The notes beneath the pieces were generated by a model that saw only the letters and a program-made list of their open reading frames with translations, was not told the origin of the DNA and searched no databases. From an uncultured Candidatus Saccharimonadales bacterium (GTDB lineage Bacteria; Patescibacteriota; Saccharimonadia; UBA4664), in assembly GCA_964467655.1 (NCBI GenBank), contig CAYXSN010000005.1, positions 16,920 through 80,919 of the forward strand: a stretch of 64,000 nucleotides of DNA. Direction: 5' to 3'. Positions 62,398 through 64,000 of the stretch are shown one piece after another. The translations under genes and the position numbers were made by a program. Each line of letters starts with the position of its first letter. Position 1 is the stretch's first letter.

Positions 62398-62425
62398 ATC
62401 CTTGGCCTATAAGCCAGAGGAACTA

Positions 62426-62677
62426 ATGAGTATGAGACATAACGAACAATTTAATACGCAGGACATGGGCCTGGCGGTAGCGCTGGTTTGCAAAGACTTT
62501 GCACTGCAAGACCTTGGCCCATCCGCTGGTGGCTCACGGTATACATTCCACTTTGAGGCCACTCCAGGAATCGATGAAGCCGCCCAGGAATACTGGAACG
62601 GCAAACTAACGGTCGATGCCAAGCAGTTTTGGAACGAATCAAAGAACCTTAAAACGAGGCTCTATAGCCTTCGCTAA
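62426..62677 (+). CDS. DUF5659-like protein
   Basis: F.TQD.GLA.AL....F.L......F.F.......YW.G.L.VD....KNLK.RLY. Confidence 0.75.
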   Translation: MSMRHNEQFNTQDMGLAVALVCKDFALQDLGPSAGGSRYTFHFEATPGIDEAAQEYWNGKLTVDAKQFWNESKNLKTRLYSLR

Positions 62678-62681
62678 AACC

Positions 62682-62873
62682 ATGAGGCTTTCAGATGAGC
62701 AGCTAGCCAAATACCAGGAAGCACACCTAAAGGCGTTTGGTAAACCCATATCCAAAGAGAACGCCTTAGTACAAGGCCTGGCGTTACTCCAACTCGTGAA
62801 AGCCTCAACCCGAACCAAATCACCCAAAGATTACAAGGACAATGAAAATGACTCCCCGCAACGAAACACCTGA
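62682..62873 (+). CDS. Small hypothetical protein of CPR integrative elements
   Basis: MRLSDEQLAKYQ.....FG..IS.E.A..QG..LL.LVK; coupled to its neighbours. Confidence 0.6.
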   Translation: MRLSDEQLAKYQEAHLKAFGKPISKENALVQGLALLQLVKASTRTKSPKDYKDNENDSPQRNT

Positions 62874-64000
62874 AAGCCTACTCACACGCAATAATATCCA
62901 ATACCGGGAGCGTAATGGTGAATTAATCATCGCCTGCCCCTTTAGCGACTGCGATGCCGACAGCCGTCCTGGCGAAGCTCATTGTTACATCAACGCAGAT
63001 ACTGGCCTCTTTGACTGCAAGAAATGCGGTGAGCGGGGGAATATCACAAAGCTATCCAATCACCTAAGCGGTGATAGCAACGGGCCGCGAGCCCAACAAT
63101 CAACAACCAAGAAGCCGCCCCAACTATCACCGGCAGCGATTGAACGGTACGCCGCCGCCATGCCCGACCATATTCGCACCTACCTAAACCAACGCGGCAT
63201 TAGCAACGAGGCAATCGAATCTCGCAAACTTGGCTACGGTGAACTCTACGGGTATCACTGGATAACCATTCCCGTACCAGACGAGAACGGGAAATGGGCC
63301 TTCCTAAAGCTACGCCGCGACCCCGAAGACGCTAAAAACCCAGCCAAGTACAAAAACTTCCCAACCGGTGCCAAGGCTGCAATTTATAATCAATCCGCTC
63401 TGAAGGACAGTGATGACATAGTGCTATGCGAGGGCGAATTTGACTGTCTGATGCTAGAAGCGAATGGCGTCCCAAGCATAACCTCGACCGCCGGTGCCGG
63501 AACATTTAAAGATGAGTGGTTCGACAAGCTAGAACGAGTTGAAAACATTTACCTCTGCTTTGATACCGACGAAGCAGGCGTTCGTGAAGCCAGCAATTTA
63601 TCCCGCCGCCTAGCCACAAAATTTCCAGATAAGCCAATCTACCGGATTTATCTCCCGGAACGCATGACTGACGGCAACGACATCACTGACTACTTCACCA
63701 AATATGAAGGCAACGTCGATGAGCTTATGTCCGAGTTGCCAAAACAAATCGCCGGACCAGAACCCACCGACCCAACTCTTTTCAACCCGCTCACCATAAA
63801 CGAACTTACCGATATTCTTGGGCTAACCATCAAAATGGATACGGAGAACAAGGCGGTCACATTCTTGTGCCAGCTAGCCGCCTACAGCGATTCGAGCCAA
63901 TTCAATATCAGCTTTAATGCCCCTTCCTCCACCGGCAAGAGCTATATCCCTACCGAAATTGCCCGCTTGTTCCCAGATACTGATGTACGGGAAATCGGCT
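62842..64000 (+). CDS. Zn-finger/TOPRIM primase fused to a P-loop NTPase/helicase (3' end outside window; absent from ORF track)
   Basis: Manual translation: CPFSDC...HC...DCKKCG; YLNQRGI; VLCEGEFD; IYLCFDTDEAG; DITDYF; NAPSSTGKS. Confidence 0.88.
   Translation, partial: MKMTPRNETPESLLTRNNIQYRERNGELIIACPFSDCDADSRPGEAHCYINADTGLFDCKKCGERGNITKLSNHLSGDSNGPRAQQSTTKKPPQLSPAAIERYAAAMPDHIRTYLNQRGISNEAIESRKLGYGELYGYHWITIPVPDENGKWAFLKLRRDPEDAKNPAKYKNFPTGAKAAIYNQSALKDSDDIVLCEGEFDCLMLEANGVPSITSTAGAGTFKDEWFDKLERVENIYLCFDTDEAGVREASNLSRRLATKFPDKPIYRIYLPERMTDGNDITDYFTKYEGNVDELMSELPKQIAGPEPTDPTLFNPLTINELTDILGLTIKMDTENKAVTFLCQLAAYSDSSQFNISFNAPSSTGKSYIPTEIARLFPDTDVREIG

Larger units (their letters stand above)
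46540..64000. mobile_element. Integrative element / genomic island (right end beyond window; left end approximate)
   Basis: DUF5659 + primase-helicase + XRE core, defence/toxin-like cargo, no housekeeping genes; integrase not in window. Confidence 0.7.

Overview
Bacterial chromosome segment whose gene content suggests Patescibacteria/CPR, most likely Saccharibacteria. This is an inference from the TrbC/VirB2-like pilins, eno-gpmA-mscL-ppsA, a degenerate NnrD, DUF5659 and the compact, apparently leaderless genes. 1-43 kb is backbone: small hydrolases, four ABC exporters, a histidine kinase, three paralogous pilin-like proteins with a shared unusual leader, glycolysis genes, a RecD-like helicase, and a DnaQ/GIY-YIG nuclease. 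43-46.5 kb is a plastic zone with an intact RelE-type toxin-antitoxin (TA) pair, a 74-bp deletion scar of a second TA copy, a GC-rich foreign gene and a decayed HAD gene. From about 46.55 kb to the window end is an integrative element. It carries a DUF5659 gene and a Zn-finger/TOPRIM/P-loop primase-helicase missing from the ORF track, HEPN-like and Abi-like cargo, and a 2610-aa probably Sec-exported RHS polymorphic toxin followed by an array of immunity-like genes. The most striking unexplained signal is a non-palindromic 20-bp motif, CCCACCA-N4-GCTCACTAT. It is repeated four times in direct orientation exactly at the junctions between unrelated cargo modules, which suggests an undescribed cassette-accretion or recombination site. 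No rRNA, intact tRNA or CRISPR array was seen. All family calls come from motif recognition by eye; no searches were run.
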